Source: Gemmatimonadota bacterium (GTDB lineage: Bacteria > Latescibacterota > UBA2968 > UBA8231). Taken from it: a DNA stretch of 18,859 nucleotides. A model generated the notes under the pieces. It was not told the origin of the DNA, made no database searches, and worked only from the letters and a program-made list of their open reading frames with translations. Below are positions 16,479-18,859 of the stretch, piece by piece (the first letter of the stretch is position 1; each line of letters opens with the position of its first letter). Location: positions 1-18,859 of the forward strand of contig JAYOYH010000071.1 of the NCBI GenBank assembly GCA_038153405.1, read 5' to 3'. The position numbers and the translations under genes were made by a program.

Positions 16479-17387
16479 ATGGGCAGCGAATTATACGAGC
16501 CAGAGATCGACGTGACGCACGGAATGTACCGGCTCTGGGGAACGCGCGGTTCGATACCGGTGTCGGGTCCGCAATACGTTCGCCACGGCGGCAACACATC
16601 GTGTTTGGAATTTGCATACGGTGGAGATCGCATCATTTTTGATGCCGGTTCCGGTTTGCGCGAGGTGGGATTGTCCCTGCTAGAGGCGCCTCCGCGCAGA
16701 ATACACCTCTTTATCACGCACACCCACTGGGACCACATTCAGGGCTTTCCGTTTTTTGCACCGGCCTATATTGCCGGCTACGATATTTCGGTCTATGCGG
16801 CGCCCAACGCCGAACAAGATTTGGAGTCGATATTTCGCGGTCAGCTCGATCGCGCCTATTTCCCCGTGCAGATGGAAGACATGCAGGCCCATCTCGAGTT
16901 CAACTACATCAAAGATGCGCCGGTGTGCATCGGCGATGTGGAGATCAGCTGGGAGACGACGTTTCACCCAGGAGCGACGGTGGGCTATAAGGTGCACGTG
17001 GGTGATCGGCAACTGGTCTATATGCCGGACAACGAGTTTCTGAAGGGCTACATGGGACAGCCGCTGCGGGAGTTGACGGGTGAAGATGAGACCATCTACG
17101 GTAAAATCGTCGACTTCTGCACGGGCGTAGACGTGCTGTTGCACGAGGCGCAGTACACGCAGGAAGAGTATACGATCAAGGTGGGGTGGGGTCATACGTC
17201 GGTGGCCAATGCCTGCACGTTGGCCAGAGTGAGCGAGGCGAAGAAGTGGACCGTGATTCACCATGACCCGTCGCACGGGGATGAGTTTCTCCAGAACAAG
17301 CTCAATCTAACGCGGCAAATTTTGCGCGATATTGGCTGTTCTGTCGAGGTGCAACACGGCTGCGACGGATTAGTGGGCTATTTGTAG
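16479..17387 (+). CDS. Metallo-beta-lactamase-fold hydrolase (GTRGS/GGNTSC subfamily, phosphodiesterase/RNase Z-like)
   Basis: WGTRGSIP, GGNTSC, FDAGSG, THTHWDHIQG (HxHxDH), HPG, DNE, GWGH and HHDP. TAAGGAGG SD. Confidence 0.9.
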   Translation: MGSELYEPEIDVTHGMYRLWGTRGSIPVSGPQYVRHGGNTSCLEFAYGGDRIIFDAGSGLREVGLSLLEAPPRRIHLFITHTHWDHIQGFPFFAPAYIAGYDISVYAAPNAEQDLESIFRGQLDRAYFPVQMEDMQAHLEFNYIKDAPVCIGDVEISWETTFHPGATVGYKVHVGDRQLVYMPDNEFLKGYMGQPLRELTGEDETIYGKIVDFCTGVDVLLHEAQYTQEEYTIKVGWGHTSVANACTLARVSEAKKWTVIHHDPSHGDEFLQNKLNLTRQILRDIGCSVEVQHGCDGLVGYL

Positions 17388-17412
17388 GGGGACAGTTATA
17401 GGTGGCGCGGCC

Positions 17413-17452
17413 AAGCCGCCGTCGGATCAATGCGTTCGACGGCGGCTTTTTT
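17413..17452 (+). terminator. Intrinsic terminator
   Basis: Perfect 12-bp stem AAGCCGCCGTCG / CGACGGCGGCTT running into T6, 25 nt after the MBL gene stop and between convergent genes. Confidence 0.85.
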
Positions 17453-17485
17453 CATGGGCTATGGGCGCGCTCCCGGGCGGCCATT

Positions 17486-18490
17486 TTACAGCTTGATGGT
17501 CGCCTGTTTTCGCCCTGCTTTGAGCACGGCATCGGCAATTTTCAGCGCGGCAATTCCGTCTGCGGCGGTGACCAGGGGCTGTTGGGCGCGCTCGAAGCAG
17601 CGCACGACGTGCTTGGCTTGTTCGAGAAACATATCCTCTTTGCGGTACGCGTAGACTTTTTCGCGCCCGTTGGCCGCCTTGAGGGTAAAGGCACCGTGCG
17701 TAGAGGGGTTGAAAGACGCAGGTGCTTCTTTAGCCGTCATGCCAAACTGCAAGCTGCCCTTTGGACCGATAAAGTCGTTTAATCCCGCTACCTGTGCGCC
17801 GGCGGCTACGCCCCATGACCAGATCAGTGAGTGCTGGTCTCCGCTCTTAAAGTTGAGGATCGCCGTTGCCGTGTCGGCGCCCACGCTCGTCGAGTCAAAT
17901 TGCAGAGAAGACGATTGCACGGAAGCGACGGGACCAAAGACCTGCAGAGCGAAATCGTAATTGTGCACCGCCCCGTCGATCAGCGGTCCTCCTCCCTTAT
18001 TGATGTCGCGAAACCAGGGGTTGGCCGGCTTGCCGCCGGCGGCAAAGCGCCAAAGGACGGGCCGTCCTACGGCGCCCGACTGCACGATTTGCTTAAACTT
18101 GCCCCAAAACGAGTCAAAGCGGCGCACAAAGCCTATTGTCAGGCGGATGCCGGCCCGATCGCAGGCGTCGGCCATGCGTTCGGCCTCGGAGACTTTTAGC
18201 GCCATGGGCTTTTCGCAGAACACGTGCTTGCCGGCGCGCGCAGCGGCGATGACCGGTTGGGCATGCTGGAATGTTGGAGTACAGACCCATACAGCATCTA
18301 TCTCTTTTAATTTCAAAAGCTTGTGAAAATCGTCAAAATGGTGTTCGGCGCCGTAGTCGGCGGCGAATGCCCGGGCGCTAGCGCCCACTATATCGCTGGC
18401 GGCGACGATGCGAGCATTCTTGAGGTCCTTGATGCGTGCGGCGTGGTGACGGGCGATGCCTCCGCAGCCAATAAAGCCTATGTTCAGCAT
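17486..18490 (-). CDS. Gfo/Idh/MocA family NAD(P)-dependent oxidoreductase
   Basis: GFIGCGGIA, CTPTFQH, HVFCEKP, GFVRRF and GGGPLIDGAVHNYD. GAGGAG SD. Confidence 0.92.
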   Translation of the reverse strand: MLNIGFIGCGGIARHHAARIKDLKNARIVAASDIVGASARAFAADYGAEHHFDDFHKLLKLKEIDAVWVCTPTFQHAQPVIAAARAGKHVFCEKPMALKVSEAERMADACDRAGIRLTIGFVRRFDSFWGKFKQIVQSGAVGRPVLWRFAAGGKPANPWFRDINKGGGPLIDGAVHNYDFALQVFGPVASVQSSSLQFDSTSVGADTATAILNFKSGDQHSLIWSWGVAAGAQVAGLNDFIGPKGSLQFGMTAKEAPASFNPSTHGAFTLKAANGREKVYAYRKEDMFLEQAKHVVRCFERAQQPLVTAADGIAALKIADAVLKAGRKQATIKL

Positions 18491-18522
18491 AATTCGACTC
18501 CTCTAAGGGGGGTAGTGCGGGA

Positions 18523-18571
18523 AATATAGCACGGAAATCATTGGCGGGCGAATCCGTTTTTTTTATTTTTT
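18523..18571 (-). promoter_or_regulatory. Candidate extended -10 promoter with an A-tract UP element for the Gfo/Idh/MocA gene
   Basis: Minus strand TG-C-TATATT (18531-18523) about 33 nt upstream of the ATG, with an A-tract at 18557-18571 just upstream of the -35 position. Confidence 0.45.
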
Positions 18572-18658
18572 GGTGGAATGAATAGCCGACAGGCACTGTC
18601 TAAGAGGGTGTGAGTCTCACGCTCCGTTGGAACCATGCGGCATGTAACATTTTTAGAC

Positions 18659-18678
18659 TTGACTGACTGGTCAGTCAA
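18659..18678. promoter_or_regulatory. Palindromic operator TTGACTGAC-TG-GTCAGTCAA
   Basis: Perfect 9-bp arms with a 2-nt spacer, 12 nt upstream of the SD of the next gene. Confidence 0.7.
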
Positions 18679-18701
18679 ATAGCAACAGAAGGGAGGATGC
18701 G

Positions 18702-18859
18702 ATGGAAAAAGTAAATCGAGAATCCATAGTGCGCGTCGCGCGCATATACAAGCAGAACAAGGATGCCAGCGCTGCGCTGGGTATTTCTCTGCGCTATTTC
18801 GCCCGACTGTGCCGTCAGTATGAAATCGAAACGCCCTATGCGCGGCACAGGCGCCACAT
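18702..18859 (+). CDS. Small Fis-like helix-turn-helix protein (3' end outside the window)
   Basis: Not in the ORF track. GGGAGG (18691-18696), 5 nt, then ATG. Translates MEKVNRESIVRVARIYKQNKDASAALGISLRYFARLCRQYEIETPYARHRRH with no stop; N..AS.ALGI....F.RL...Y.I resembles the Fis/HTH_8 pattern. Confidence 0.75.
   Translation, partial: MEKVNRESIVRVARIYKQNKDASAALGISLRYFARLCRQYEIETPYARHRRH

Noticed and set aside
18531..18571. Plus-strand terminator (ACGGA...TCCGT then T-run)
   Set aside because: The stem is weak and no plus-strand gene lies upstream. It is better explained as a minus-strand promoter A-tract.
18675..18857. 60-aa minus-strand ORF in the track
   Set aside because: The opposite strand carries an SD-led HTH-like ORF that is the more plausible gene.

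Overview
An 18.9-kb, GC-rich, gene-dense bacterial chromosome segment. It has 14 complete CDSs, one CDS running off the right edge, and no mobile element, rRNA, canonical tRNA or CRISPR array. Left to right: two-domain PPK2 (polyP:AMP phosphotransferase, +); a flavoprotein/membrane polyferredoxin fusion (-); an AAE17/18-like acyl-CoA synthetase and threonine aldolase (-); a divergent GGT-family hydrolase and a solitary M.MjaV-like m4C methyltransferase (+); a 240-bp convergent gap with unusual pairing potential; a five-gene minus-strand operon (amidohydrolase, xth, 526-aa unknown, Spy/CpxP-like protein, 445-aa unknown); a crotonase and an MBL-fold hydrolase (+); a Gfo/Idh/MocA oxidoreductase (-); and a small Fis-like HTH gene (absent from the ORF track) behind a 9-2-9 palindrome. 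The gene content reminds me of Ca. Latescibacterota-like uncultured lineages, but that is unverified. I cannot demonstrate a new multi-gene system here. The best leads are the apparently circularly permuted flavoprotein-ferredoxin fusion, the candidate structured RNA at ~9731-9889, the xth operon with its unknown proteins, and the HTH gene with its operator. All family calls come from motif recognition and recall, not database searches.
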